Shown piece after piece: positions 1 to 9,391 of a stretch of 64,000 bases of DNA; position 1 is the stretch's first letter, and each line of letters starts with the position of its first letter. The notes under the pieces were generated by a model. The model worked only from the letters and a program-made list of their open reading frames with translations. It ran no database searches and was not told where the DNA came from. Source of the DNA: Deltaproteobacteria bacterium. GTDB taxonomy: Bacteria; Desulfobacterota; Syntrophia; Syntrophales; JAFGHS01. The DNA lies in contig JAFGLN010000063.1 of NCBI GenBank assembly GCA_016928025.1, positions 716 through 64,715 of the forward strand, written 5' to 3'. The translations under genes and the position numbers were made by a program.

Positions 1-102
1 TCGGGCGTCTCTACCAGGAGGCCTGGCGGAAAAAGAAGGACGTTTAATCGCCATCGGTGGCGTTGACATATAGCGGCCCTTTTTCTGATCTCAACATATC
101 AA

Positions 103-146
103 AAGCCCCTTCGGACAATGCCGTGCGCCGAAGGGGCTTCTTTATT
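103..146. terminator. bidirectional hairpin terminator candidate
   Basis: 12-bp stem aagccccttcgg / ccgaaggggctt with a 13-nt loop and T-rich tracts on both flanks. It lies downstream of the minus-strand gene ending at 341 and of a + frame that stops at 44-46. Confidence 0.55.
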
Positions 147-340
147 GACTGCCGCCTGAATTAAATTCCGGAGGGAGGGCCATATTGGGGTCAGCATATC
201 TTGATTATGTATGAGTGATCCCTGTGACCGAGCCGAAGGCGAACGTTGGAATCACTTGTAAAATCCTTGCAGTTTGTTCAAAATATGTTCGAGAACATCA
301 AAGCCCTTTGAGACAACAGTCCGTAAACTTTCCATTATAT

Positions 341-577
341 TTATTGTGGCAGCGGCGGCTTACAAATCTTACAGGGTTGATACCCCGCTTTTTTTGCCTC
401 TGCCGGAGTCTGAAATTTAACCAAGTTTTCAGCTTTTATCTTTTTTGCGATCCTGCATGTGGGATAATGATAGGTCGTTGAATTTTTCGATGCCCAGAAT
501 TCAGCGCTCAGAGCGCTGGTGGAAAAGATTAAAAGAAAAAATAACCCAGCCAAAATAACCAATGTTTTTTTCTTCAT
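341..577 (-). CDS. small secreted Cys-motif protein (Ada-Zn-like / 'sunset'-type metal-binding domain)
   Basis: 78 aa. Signal peptide MKKKTLVILAGLFFLLIFSTSALSA, then YHYPTC...PCKIC. An aaggagg RBS lies just upstream on the minus strand. Confidence 0.7.
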   Translation of the reverse strand: MKKKTLVILAGLFFLLIFSTSALSAEFWASKNSTTYHYPTCRIAKKIKAENLVKFQTPAEAKKAGYQPCKICKPPLPQ

Positions 578-1036
578 GAAATCCTCCTTTTTAAATTATT
601 AGTCAACAAGGGCCTTCGGCTTCAATAAGTGAAGGAATAACAAAACCGACTTCGGGTGAAATCACCTTTCTGCCTGATTCTGTTTATAGCGATTAATTTA
701 ACAATCAGGATTAAATAGTATACTGATAAAAATTTATATATTCTAAAATAATGTATATCAATATTAGGTCATACTCTATGAAATATATTTTAAATAATGT
801 CAATACTAATTTATGATAGATGATATCTTTTTATGTATATGACATAAAGAAGGACACGTTCAGGATTAGAGTTACCCCAACGGTTGGCCGTTTCTTTGCA
901 CGATGATGGACGGGATGTCAAAGCCGGATAGGCTTTTTCTCAGGGTATGATATTGATATTTTTCCGACCGGGTGCTGACGATTAGAGCTTCATGATAAAC
1001 CGGTCAGAGATCGATCATGGGTAGGCAATGGATTGG

Positions 1037-2722
1037 TTAAATGCCAAGTGCTGATAATTTTGTATCGATATTCCTGGCTTCATCTATGAGGGGGGCGATT
1101 TTTGCCGCTTGTTCATCAAGGCGCATCAGCGGTTCTTTCAGGCGATGTTCAAGCTCAATAAAAAGCTTGTCGAATATTTGGGTGATTTCCTGATCCAGCC
1201 GGTCATGGAATTCATTGCGGGATTGCGCCAACTTCAGGTGCAATTCTTTCATAATACCCGAGCGCTTCCATAGTAATGTGAGTGTGATAAGGCCAAGGCC
1301 TATAGCAGCGATGACGCCGCCGGTGATGTCGATGACCATAATATTGGTCGCGAAGGCGATAATGGTGCCAAGGGCGGCGATGCCACCGCCGGCGAGGGTA
1401 AGTGATCCCAGATCAGATCCCTGGATTCCTTTGTTACCCACAATATCGGAAACACGCAAATCACCAAGCTTGCTCCGCAATTGATTGAGAATGTCCGAGC
1501 GGCCTGAAGTGATGTTGAGACTGACCTGTCGCCCGTCCTTCTGATAACGGCTGACGGCATTGATCAGATCGTCCAACATGGCCTGCATTTCATCAGAAAT
1601 ATCTTTCGATACGCGAATCGATTCACTGTCGATTTCTTCTTTCGCCCTTTTTTCAAATTCAGACTGAACATCGCGAATCCAGGTGTGAAAATCGTTTTCT
1701 CTGATTAGCGGAAGGGACCTTCGCAGAATACTTCCGATCCCCAATCCCTGAACAATATCCTCCTCCAGCATGGAGGAGAGACGGTGGTAAGTCGCTGTGA
1801 GGTTGTCAACCATCAACCTTTTCAGGGAATGGGCCTTTTCCCTCCGCCTTTCAACCTGGTTGATCAGTTCGTGGTAAAAAGCCTTATCCACAGCTATTGA
1901 TGCTTCTTCCCCATGAAGGGAGGCCAGCAGTTTACTGTTCACCTTTTTAACAGTGTCCTGTGTTCCTTCGACCTTCATTTTCCAAACCTCGCCACCCTCA
2001 ACGGCTTTGCGCAGAAAATCCCTAAACTCCACAAAGCCGCTGTCCGAGGCACCTTCCATTTCTCTTTTTGCCGAGACGGTAAAGACGACGGGGTTTTGAA
2101 TATTCCGTTCGCGGGCGTATTGTCTGACGCGTTCCCGATTGGTTGCCAGTTCGTGTTGCGAGGCCGTATCGGCCTGCTGTAGAACAAAAATCGTTTTCCG
2201 ATGCCATTCCTGGCGGATAAGATCCAATAACTCCCAGGCGGTTGCGGTATGAGGATTCTTGGCGGCAAAGACAAAGATCACCAGGTCGCTTTTGGGAATG
2301 TAATTTTCGGTGATGGCTTCGTGTTTGCGGACAATAGAGTTGGTCCCGGGGGTGTCGACGATCGATATCTCTCGAAGGACAGGTGCCGGCAGTTCAATGC
2401 GTTCCCATTGGTCGCCCAAGGTCGTCTTTTTGAGTTCCTCACCGTAGATCAGTTCCTGAATGCCCGCCGTACAGGGATCAGGGGCGACTTCGCAGACATC
2501 TTCACCCAGGAGGGCATTTACAAAGCTGCTTTTCCCGGACTTGACCTCGCCGACAATAACAAAAAGAGCCGCCGATTGGAGATGGGCCAGACGGTCCCGG
2601 AGGATTTCTGAGGATTCGCTGTCGGAAAGTTTATTGGACAATGACCATGTCATCTCCAGGAGATTCCGAATGGATTCAAACTTCTCATTCAGTTTTGTGC
2701 TTAAAACTTTATTTGCCGGCAT
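1037..2722 (-). CDS. dynamin-family GTPase (bacterial dynamin-like protein) with C-terminal membrane hairpin
   Basis: 561 aa. G1 motif GEVKSGKSS, G3 motif DTPG, G4-like LQQAD. Long helical stalk and a hydrophobic paddle LAGGGIAALGTIIAFATNIMVIDITGGVIAAIGLGLITLTLLW. Confidence 0.85.
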   Translation of the reverse strand: MPANKVLSTKLNEKFESIRNLLEMTWSLSNKLSDSESSEILRDRLAHLQSAALFVIVGEVKSGKSSFVNALLGEDVCEVAPDPCTAGIQELIYGEELKKTTLGDQWERIELPAPVLREISIVDTPGTNSIVRKHEAITENYIPKSDLVIFVFAAKNPHTATAWELLDLIRQEWHRKTIFVLQQADTASQHELATNRERVRQYARERNIQNPVVFTVSAKREMEGASDSGFVEFRDFLRKAVEGGEVWKMKVEGTQDTVKKVNSKLLASLHGEEASIAVDKAFYHELINQVERRREKAHSLKRLMVDNLTATYHRLSSMLEEDIVQGLGIGSILRRSLPLIRENDFHTWIRDVQSEFEKRAKEEIDSESIRVSKDISDEMQAMLDDLINAVSRYQKDGRQVSLNITSGRSDILNQLRSKLGDLRVSDIVGNKGIQGSDLGSLTLAGGGIAALGTIIAFATNIMVIDITGGVIAAIGLGLITLTLLWKRSGIMKELHLKLAQSRNEFHDRLDQEITQIFDKLFIELEHRLKEPLMRLDEQAAKIAPLIDEARNIDTKLSALGI

Positions 2723-3149
2723 GGCATGGTTCCTTCAGCAATTTGTAACTTTTTAGTTTTAGCGCTTCTCATTAATATTAAACAGGGCGGGCAGATATTT
2801 CAGTTCATGCAGCTCTTCAATCAATTCTACCATACCAATTAATTCTGCAAACCATAAAGCCTCATTAACACGTTTCGTTTCTAAAAAGAAGCATTTCTTG
2901 TTGGTAGCAACGTTTCGATATTGGATAAATTGTCAATGAACAAACGACCGCCGCTTATGAGTAAATTCCTGTTGAGGTCTCTTTGATTTAATGATTACGA
3001 TTGGGTAAGTTTTTGCTATATTTATGAACAAATCATGATATTAGTATGTTGAGTGTCCATTGATGATCACGCGTTCATTTTATTAAAAAACGTATCGTAA
3101 ATGAGGCATTTGCACCTGAGGCCTCTGAAGAATATCGGAGCATGGTCCC

Positions 3150-3752
3150 ATGAAGCGATTAATGATTCTATGTGGATTTCTCGTTATCGGTCTTGCGGGG
3201 ATGAGTCATAATGGCTTTGCCGCCGGATTTACGAAAGAAGCCGTTGAATTCGAAGCGAGGTCGCTCGTGAACCGGATGGAGATTACCCGGGATATGGGTT
3301 ATAAACTAAAAATCAGATTGGCCCAAGCGCTGAATGATCCGAGTCTGCAGGAAATCGTTGATTCAAAGGGCGTCGGTGCCGTCTTCGCCTATGCCGCCGG
3401 TGAAGGAGGACTTGTGTTGAAGTATATGGAAGGTGATGGGTTGATCAGTTTCGCGGACGGCCTTAAAGCGGTACCGATCTCTTTGAAAAGCTGGAGCGTC
3501 GGTGCCATGATCGGTGGTTCTGCACAGTGGGGTATCGGCCTGGTTATCGGGCCAGTTGATGAAAAAGATTTCGGTGGCGGCTATAAGGGGGGGACCAGGA
3601 CAGCGACGGCATGGGAGGCGGCAACGAGGTCGATGTTATATGTCAGCCGTACGGTGGATGAACAAACACAGGAAATATACATCATCACAACGGGGCGCGG
3701 TTTTTCGGCCGGCGTTGGCGGCGTCGTCATGAGTATTACGCCGGTCTGGTAA
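3150..3752 (+). CDS. secreted hypothetical protein (Gly-rich)
   Basis: 200 aa. Signal peptide MKRLMILCGFLVIGLAGMSHNGFA. I recognise no family with confidence; there is a loose resemblance to SYLF/Ysc84-like Gly-rich folds. Confidence 0.6.
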   Translation: MKRLMILCGFLVIGLAGMSHNGFAAGFTKEAVEFEARSLVNRMEITRDMGYKLKIRLAQALNDPSLQEIVDSKGVGAVFAYAAGEGGLVLKYMEGDGLISFADGLKAVPISLKSWSVGAMIGGSAQWGIGLVIGPVDEKDFGGGYKGGTRTATAWEAATRSMLYVSRTVDEQTQEIYIITTGRGFSAGVGGVVMSITPVW

Positions 3753-3876
3753 AGGGCCTTTGGAAGCCTTTCGATCGATGAGAGACATCTTTATGAGTCC
3801 ACGTATTGATATACAAAGATTTTTTATTTGTATTTGGAATGATTTTTTAGAGAACCGAATATCCGACCGAAGACGG

Positions 3877-4815
3877 ATGATCCATTTTTTCTTGGTCATG
3901 ATCATGGCGGTTATGGTGTTGTTTATGCCTGAGAAAGCATTGGCCGAACCTTCTGTTGCCGCCGATTCGTCCGAGACAAAAAAGCCGGCTCTGTGGAACA
4001 AAGAGGTCGTCCCGGTCGAGCAGGAACCGGTAATGAGATTCTATGAGGCGTTGGAACGTCTGATGGACCATTACGGCGAAGACCATAACCACTGGCCGGA
4101 CAATGAAGATAGACGACTCATTGAGCGGTTTCTGAACCGGAAGGATGCCTTAACGCTCAATAATTGCATTTTCGGCAGGAATTTTCTGGGCTTGGGCATC
4201 GGTGAGACGGCCGAGGATGCCGCCAAGGCATTGCGTGAGGGCGCAAAAGACGCGTGGGGACGGCCCTACAGCCTGATTCTGGCGGGTAGCAAGGATGCGC
4301 CGAAACCGGTTGAAATTCTCTATGCGATCGGTGCCAACCGCGGTGTGTCCCTATTCAATAGAGACATTTGTACCAAAGTATTTGTGTTTCTGAAAGCCGA
4401 TCTGCACAGCCTGTTTGCCGATATTTTCAAGAATTTTAACGGAATGTCCATCCTGTTGATGGCGCGAGAAGTTCATATCCTGGGGGCACCCGGATCCGTA
4501 GAACCCGGATATGAAGAGAAACTCAAACCCGCTCTCTGTGCCGCCGACAGTTTATATGGAACCGTTTATATCGGGGAAAACGATCCGGTGACGGAGGTCA
4601 TTCCCATGAGCTTCAGGGAAAAGATGCATGCTTTATTTGGAATGACGATTCCCAAATTTAAAGGAACTGAACGCAAGTCAGACGAATGCAGAGATAAGGT
4701 TCCCCCGCCCGTTGAGATGTTCCGCTTAAAGGGCTGCGGTCATTTGATTCCGGAATATCAACCGTGGATCAGGAAATACGGTAAAACGATGCTTAAAAAA
4801 CGTGAGACGCAATAA
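3877..4815 (+). CDS. secreted hypothetical protein
   Basis: ORF 3760..4815. The most plausible start is the ATG at 3877, giving signal peptide MIHFFLVMIMAVMVLFMPEKALA. The start is uncertain; 3760 and 3793 are alternatives. Confidence 0.55.
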   Translation: MIHFFLVMIMAVMVLFMPEKALAEPSVAADSSETKKPALWNKEVVPVEQEPVMRFYEALERLMDHYGEDHNHWPDNEDRRLIERFLNRKDALTLNNCIFGRNFLGLGIGETAEDAAKALREGAKDAWGRPYSLILAGSKDAPKPVEILYAIGANRGVSLFNRDICTKVFVFLKADLHSLFADIFKNFNGMSILLMAREVHILGAPGSVEPGYEEKLKPALCAADSLYGTVYIGENDPVTEVIPMSFREKMHALFGMTIPKFKGTERKSDECRDKVPPPVEMFRLKGCGHLIPEYQPWIRKYGKTMLKKRETQ

Positions 4816-4937
4816 AGGATTTGCTTATTACCGGTTGGTGAACTTCAATAATTACGTCGGTTACCTTGATTTATAGGGTAGGATAATGTACAAGGGGCGA
4901 TATTCGAGATACGGGGACCCGGGGAAAGACAAACGTT

Positions 4938-5390
4938 ATGGAAAATAACGGCAGTGCAAGCGTTCAAATCAGAGTTCCGTTTTATGACGTGGATCTGCTG
5001 CAGATCGTCTGGCACGGTAACTATTTGAAGTATTTCGATCTGGCCCGTCAGGCTTTGTTCATGAAGTACGGTTTAGATGTTCTCTATCGGCAGGATAAAC
5101 AATATGTCTTTCCGGTCGTCCGAACCAGTGTTAAATACCTTTATCCCCTTAAATTTAATGACGAATTTACTTGTACGGCCAGAATCAAAACGGCGAAAGT
5201 GAAGCTCGTCATCGATTTTGAAATCAGACTGTTGGATGACGGCCGATTATGTGCAACCGGACGGTGCGAACACGCTGCCGTCAGAATGCCGGAGATGGAA
5301 ATGGAATTCCGCATACCGGAAGAGGTGGAATCGGCACTTTATTCCGTTAAAGAAGCGGATAATGAAGAAATCGAAGCTGAGGGTAGCTAA
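4938..5390 (+). CDS. 4HBT/YbgC-type acyl-CoA/acyl-ACP thioesterase (hotdog fold)
   Basis: 150 aa. N-terminal VPFYDVDLLQIVWHGNYLKYFDLAR is typical of the 4HBT thioesterase family. Confidence 0.8.
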   Translation: MENNGSASVQIRVPFYDVDLLQIVWHGNYLKYFDLARQALFMKYGLDVLYRQDKQYVFPVVRTSVKYLYPLKFNDEFTCTARIKTAKVKLVIDFEIRLLDDGRLCATGRCEHAAVRMPEMEMEFRIPEEVESALYSVKEADNEEIEAEGS

Positions 5391-5417
5391 TAGATCAAGG
5401 TAACGGGATCGTTGTTT

Positions 5418-6659
5418 ATGGCAGACAAGCTGCGGGTTGTTGTAACGGGAATGGGTATGAGAACACCCATCGGCAATACGTTGAAGGATGTGGCCGAAGC
5501 GCTGAAGGCGGGTAAGAGCGGCATCCCGTATATGCCGGATTGGGAACAGATCGATCGCATGCGCACCAAAGTTGCCGGCGTCTGCGACATTGCCGGCGAA
5601 GAAGCGTCCATTTCCAGAACCTTTCGACGAAGTATGGGGCGTGTGGCAACGTTGGCGACTCTGGCGGCAATAGATGCGGTTGATGATTCGGGCATCAATA
5701 AAGGTGAGATTGCCTCTCCCGCCTGTGGTGTTTCCTTCGGCTCGACGGCGGGCAGCACCAGCGAACAGGTTGTTCAAATGGGTCGCATGATTCAGAATCA
5801 AAGCCTTGCCGGCCTTCCCTCCTCAGCCTATTTAAAGTGCATGAGCCACACCTGCGCCGGCAATCTGGCCACTCTTTTCCATTGCCGCGGCCCCTTTATC
5901 GCGTCCTGCGTGGCCTGCGCGTCCGGTTCTCAGGGAATCGGATTCGGCTATGAAGCCATTTCCCGCGGAAAAGCCCCGATCATGGTGACCGGCGGCGCGG
6001 AAGAAATGTATTTTATGCATGCCGCTATCTTCGACGTCCTCATGGCGACTTCCAGCACCTATAATGGCCGGCCCCATGAAACGCCCCGTCCTTTTGATGC
6101 CGCAAGGGATGGTCTGGTGGTGTCCGAAGGTGCCGGATGTCTGATGTTGGAGGAATATGAACATGCCCGCCACCGCGGCGCGAACATCTATGCCGAGATT
6201 CTGGGATACTGGACGAATTCGAGCGGCATGCATTTGACGGATTCCGATCCGCAAAGTATGGAGGAATGCATGCGGGCGGCCCTAAAAGATGCGGGCGTCA
6301 ACGCAGAAGATATCGAGCATGTGAGCGCCCACGCAACGGCCACCGACAGCGGAGATACGGCAGAAGCCATAGCAACCCACAGGGTTTTCGGGCCGAAGGT
6401 GCCGGTAACAGCTCTTAAAGGGAATACAGGCCACACTTTGGGAGCCAGCGGCGCCATCGAGGCCATTGCATCCATCCTTATGGGGCGGGAAGGTTTTATG
6501 TCCCACACCCTGAACCTTGCGGAGCCGGATCCGGAACTCCCTCCGCTCAACCATATCATGAAAGGACCGCTGGACAGGGGCTTTTCCCTTGGCGTGATAA
6601 ACAACTTTGCCTTCGGCGGGGTGAACACGTCTCTGGTGATCAGAAATTTCCTGCCATGA
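5418..6659 (+). CDS. beta-ketoacyl-ACP synthase (KAS I/II-type)
   Basis: Motifs VVVTGMGMRTPIG, active-site Cys in ACASGSQ, His in HATAT and GNTGHTLGASG, C-terminal NNFAFGGVNTSLV. ATG at 5418; the track ORF begins at a TTG at 5412. Confidence 0.9.
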   Translation: MADKLRVVVTGMGMRTPIGNTLKDVAEALKAGKSGIPYMPDWEQIDRMRTKVAGVCDIAGEEASISRTFRRSMGRVATLATLAAIDAVDDSGINKGEIASPACGVSFGSTAGSTSEQVVQMGRMIQNQSLAGLPSSAYLKCMSHTCAGNLATLFHCRGPFIASCVACASGSQGIGFGYEAISRGKAPIMVTGGAEEMYFMHAAIFDVLMATSSTYNGRPHETPRPFDAARDGLVVSEGAGCLMLEEYEHARHRGANIYAEILGYWTNSSGMHLTDSDPQSMEECMRAALKDAGVNAEDIEHVSAHATATDSGDTAEAIATHRVFGPKVPVTALKGNTGHTLGASGAIEAIASILMGREGFMSHTLNLAEPDPELPPLNHIMKGPLDRGFSLGVINNFAFGGVNTSLVIRNFLP

Positions 6660-6667
6660 TGAAATGA

Positions 6668-6698
6668 ATAAAAAAGGCAGGGCTTTCGACCCTGCCTT
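6668..6698 (-). terminator. rho-independent terminator of the PEP-CTERM gene
   Basis: The minus strand reads aaggcagggtcgaaagccctgcctttttt-att: a 9-bp stem followed by a T-run, 28 nt after the stop at 6726. Confidence 0.7.
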
Positions 6699-6725
6699 CA
6701 TCGTTGGCGCAATATCCGCCCGGGT

Positions 6726-7418
6726 TTACTTCTGAAGCCTTCTTCTCATGCCCGACAAACCTGCTAAACCGAAACCAAGGAGCAGCAGGATGCCGGGTTC
6801 GGGAACATGATAACGGACGAGGTAATTCTGGAACTTCTCTGTAATTACGGTTTCACCTGCCTCAACGGTCGGACTGACGGCGAGAGCCCACTCCGTGCAG
6901 CTGTAATTAGAGAGGTCAGACGGCATTGCGGCCAGGATAGAAGAAGCTTGGGTTGTATAGGCGCTGGTTTTAAAATTACCCGAACTTAAGTTAATACTGC
7001 TATCGAAAATAACCTCCCAAACGGCGATTTGCGCGGCAGCCTTCATGGTTTCTTCGGAAAGGGTTCCTTCATAATTTGTATAGTAATACTGGGCAATCCA
7101 CGCCGCGGCGAGAAATTTATCAACATCAAGACCAAAATTCGAAAGCCCCGAGTCAATGGTCAGCAGCGTATATCGGCTTGTCGCTGTCGTACCGTCTGCG
7201 TTTTCAACACAAAAAGCTTCATCAACGGGCCCGCCGTCCAACGATACATCATAATCCAGATAAACATTAATGGTACCGGTGGGACTGGGAAAAGTCATGA
7301 CCCCTGTTGGAGACGAATAGGACATAGTGAGGTCAACATCCCCGATAATATCGGCCGTTGCCAACAACGGGCAAGCAATCCACAGAACCGTCACTAAAAG
7401 GGCAATATATTTTTTCAT
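6726..7418 (-). CDS. PEP-CTERM sorting-domain protein
   Basis: 230 aa. Signal peptide MKKYIALLVTVLWIACPLLATA. C-terminus VPEPGILLLLGFGLAGLSGMRRRLQK gives the PEP motif, a TM helix and a basic tail. Confidence 0.9.
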   Translation of the reverse strand: MKKYIALLVTVLWIACPLLATADIIGDVDLTMSYSSPTGVMTFPSPTGTINVYLDYDVSLDGGPVDEAFCVENADGTTATSRYTLLTIDSGLSNFGLDVDKFLAAAWIAQYYYTNYEGTLSEETMKAAAQIAVWEVIFDSSINLSSGNFKTSAYTTQASSILAAMPSDLSNYSCTEWALAVSPTVEAGETVITEKFQNYLVRYHVPEPGILLLLGFGLAGLSGMRRRLQK

Positions 7419-7460
7419 TGTTCGATCTCCTGAAATTAATTTTATGTCTTATACTAGGCT

Positions 7461-7478
7461 TTGCAAATAATGTGCTAA
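7461..7478 (-). promoter_or_regulatory. sigma-54 (-24/-12)-like element
   Basis: The minus strand reads TTAGCAC-ATTAT-TTGCAA, against the consensus TGGCAC-N5-TTGCW. The -12 element is perfect; the -24 GG is AG. It lies about 45 nt upstream of the ATG at 7418. Confidence 0.35.
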
Positions 7479-7584
7479 CCGCCGGGATTATGTTAAACAA
7501 TTTATAACACGCAGATTACATTAGTAATTATGGTATGTAAGAAAACGTTTGGCCTTCGTGAGTCGAAGGATTGATTAATAAATT

Positions 7585-7601
7585 TGTAAAACATCCCGAC
7601 A
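7585..7601 (-). promoter_or_regulatory. TGT-N11-ACA box (copy 7)
   Basis: The minus strand reads TGTCGGGATGTTTTACA, about 110 nt upstream of the -24-like element. Confidence 0.5.
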
Positions 7602-7675
7602 ATGTATAGATAAAACAGGGGGCGGTAAATCATTATTCTATAGATATTACAATGACTTGAATATTCATTAACTAT

Positions 7676-7692
7676 TGTAAAACATCCCGACA
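7676..7692 (-). promoter_or_regulatory. TGT-N11-ACA box (copy 8)
   Basis: The minus strand reads TGTCGGGATGTTTTACA, identical to copy 7 and 91 nt further upstream. Confidence 0.5.
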
Positions 7693-7834
7693 GCCTTTTG
7701 TCATTTCGTCTTTTAGGATGTGATTTTCCCGCTGCTGGCTGCAACTTGTCATTCCGGTGATATATGGAATCAAGGCATTGGCCGGGCGAAAGCCGGAAAA
7801 CAAGGTTTATCGATTGATGCCGGATCAGAGCCGT

Positions 7835-8584
7835 TCACTTCATTCCGGTTGCTCTGAAGCGTTTGGATGTGAAAAGTCTCAGGACTAAAAGTCGGCTAAA
7901 GGTAAGGGTATTTCGCCAGAAGTCCATGACCGGCCGGAAATGGGACACACGATGGCCGATGAAGCGATATTGGGTCGATACTTCCGCTTCTCTGACGGGG
8001 ATTCCAGTCCAGGCGGCCAGGACCAGTATCTCTACTTCAAATTGAAATCGCTTGCCGCGCGCATTCATCATCAAGGCCTCCGGCAGGGGATAGAGCCGGA
8101 AGCCGCTTTGTGTGTCTGAAAGCTTCAAGCCGCTGCAGGTCCAGACCCAGAAATTGGAAAACCGACGGCCCCAACGGCTGGTCCATGGCGCGCCCTTTTG
8201 CAGCATATGGGTGCGTTTACCTATGACAATTGATCTTTCGCAATCCTTTACGGCCTTTAGAAGATTCAGGGCATCAGCAGGATCGTGCTGGCCGTCGGCA
8301 TCGAGGGTAATCGCCCAGTCGGCGACCAGGGAGGCCGCCGCGAATCCGGTCATGAGGGCCCGGCCCTTTCCCTGATTTGAGGGATGTCGTATGTTATTTA
8401 CACCGTTTAATTGATCCAAAATTTTTGCTGTATTATCCGTTGACCCGTCGTCGATGACATAGACAGGGCGCTGAAAGGCATGTAACTTTTCTATAATGGC
8501 GCCGATTGAGCCAGCATGATTATAAACGGGAATAATAAAAACGGTGCGAGATAAAATAGCATCGCTTGAGGATGTCAAAGGCAT
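7835..8584 (-). CDS. family 2 glycosyltransferase
   Basis: 249 aa. IIPVYNHAGSIG...VYVIDDGSTDNT and DADGQHD motifs. Its start shares 1 nt with the stop of the upstream gene (TAATG). Confidence 0.85.
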   Translation of the reverse strand: MPLTSSSDAILSRTVFIIPVYNHAGSIGAIIEKLHAFQRPVYVIDDGSTDNTAKILDQLNGVNNIRHPSNQGKGRALMTGFAAASLVADWAITLDADGQHDPADALNLLKAVKDCERSIVIGKRTHMLQKGAPWTSRWGRRFSNFWVWTCSGLKLSDTQSGFRLYPLPEALMMNARGKRFQFEVEILVLAAWTGIPVREAEVSTQYRFIGHRVSHFRPVMDFWRNTLTFSRLLVLRLFTSKRFRATGMK

Positions 8585-9183
8585 TACCTCCCATAAGCCA
8601 TTTCCGATTCGGCTTTGAAGAAAGCATGCTTGAATTCATGATCGGTCAGGATTGCCTCGACCAATTTATTGGTCATATCATAGGCGCGCATTTCCATATT
8701 TGCGGGTGTCTGTTCTCCCGGAGCTAATGGTTCGGAGGTTATGGTGTATATTTTAACAAAAAAAGGATTTCCATATTTCTGCAGATTCACCTGACCCACA
8801 AATTGTTCATCCGTGAATGATTTCATCGTCATCCACATCCCCGGCGCATGGGGGTCTGGTCTGTCCACTTTGGATACCTCCATGCCCAGGTTCACCATGG
8901 CGTTTCGAAAAGCGTACCAGAAATAATTGTTAATCAGTGAATCACCGCCATACGTGAATTTTTTATCCCGGCTGTAGTAATACCAGACGCTGGTGTTTTG
9001 GGCCTGGTTATCGAAATTCATGAGATAGATTTTTTTACCGTGATAGTCGCTTAAATCTCCCGTCAAATGGGGGGAATATTTCATGAGTTCGATTTTGGTG
9101 CCATAAACACCACAAGCAAGGATTGTAATGAAGATGGATAATAAAAAAATCATAAGAAAAGCATAACGTCTAAAATATGACAT
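8584..9183 (-). CDS. lipoprotein, unknown function
   Basis: ATG at 9183 preceded by aaaaggaggc. MSYFRRYAFLMIFLLSIFITILACG looks like a lipobox. Translationally coupled to the GT2 gene. Confidence 0.65.
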   Translation of the reverse strand: MSYFRRYAFLMIFLLSIFITILACGVYGTKIELMKYSPHLTGDLSDYHGKKIYLMNFDNQAQNTSVWYYYSRDKKFTYGGDSLINNYFWYAFRNAMVNLGMEVSKVDRPDPHAPGMWMTMKSFTDEQFVGQVNLQKYGNPFFVKIYTITSEPLAPGEQTPANMEMRAYDMTNKLVEAILTDHEFKHAFFKAESEMAYGR

Positions 9184-9391
9184 AAGATCCGCCTCCTTTT
9201 CAAATGGAATACCAACAACCATGAATATACGAATATCTATAGCAATATTGAAGCTATATGTTGTATCATGCTGAAAAGTCAACAGCTATTTTCTCTTTGC
9301 GAGGATGTGCCCGTGGATGATATAAAGTTACGATTGAAATATACGCGATATTCTATCTTAAAATCGATAAATTAAGGAGAAAGAAGCCCCG

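Noticed and set aside
2-46. Possible 3' end of an upstream + strand CDS (…GRLYQEAWRKKKDV*)
   Set aside because: Only 14 codons are visible. That is too short to support a call, although the hairpin at 103..146 would fit as its terminator.
215-481. 88-aa + strand ORF
   Set aside because: It overlaps the better-supported minus-strand secreted Cys-motif gene (341..577) and has no RBS or recognisable features.
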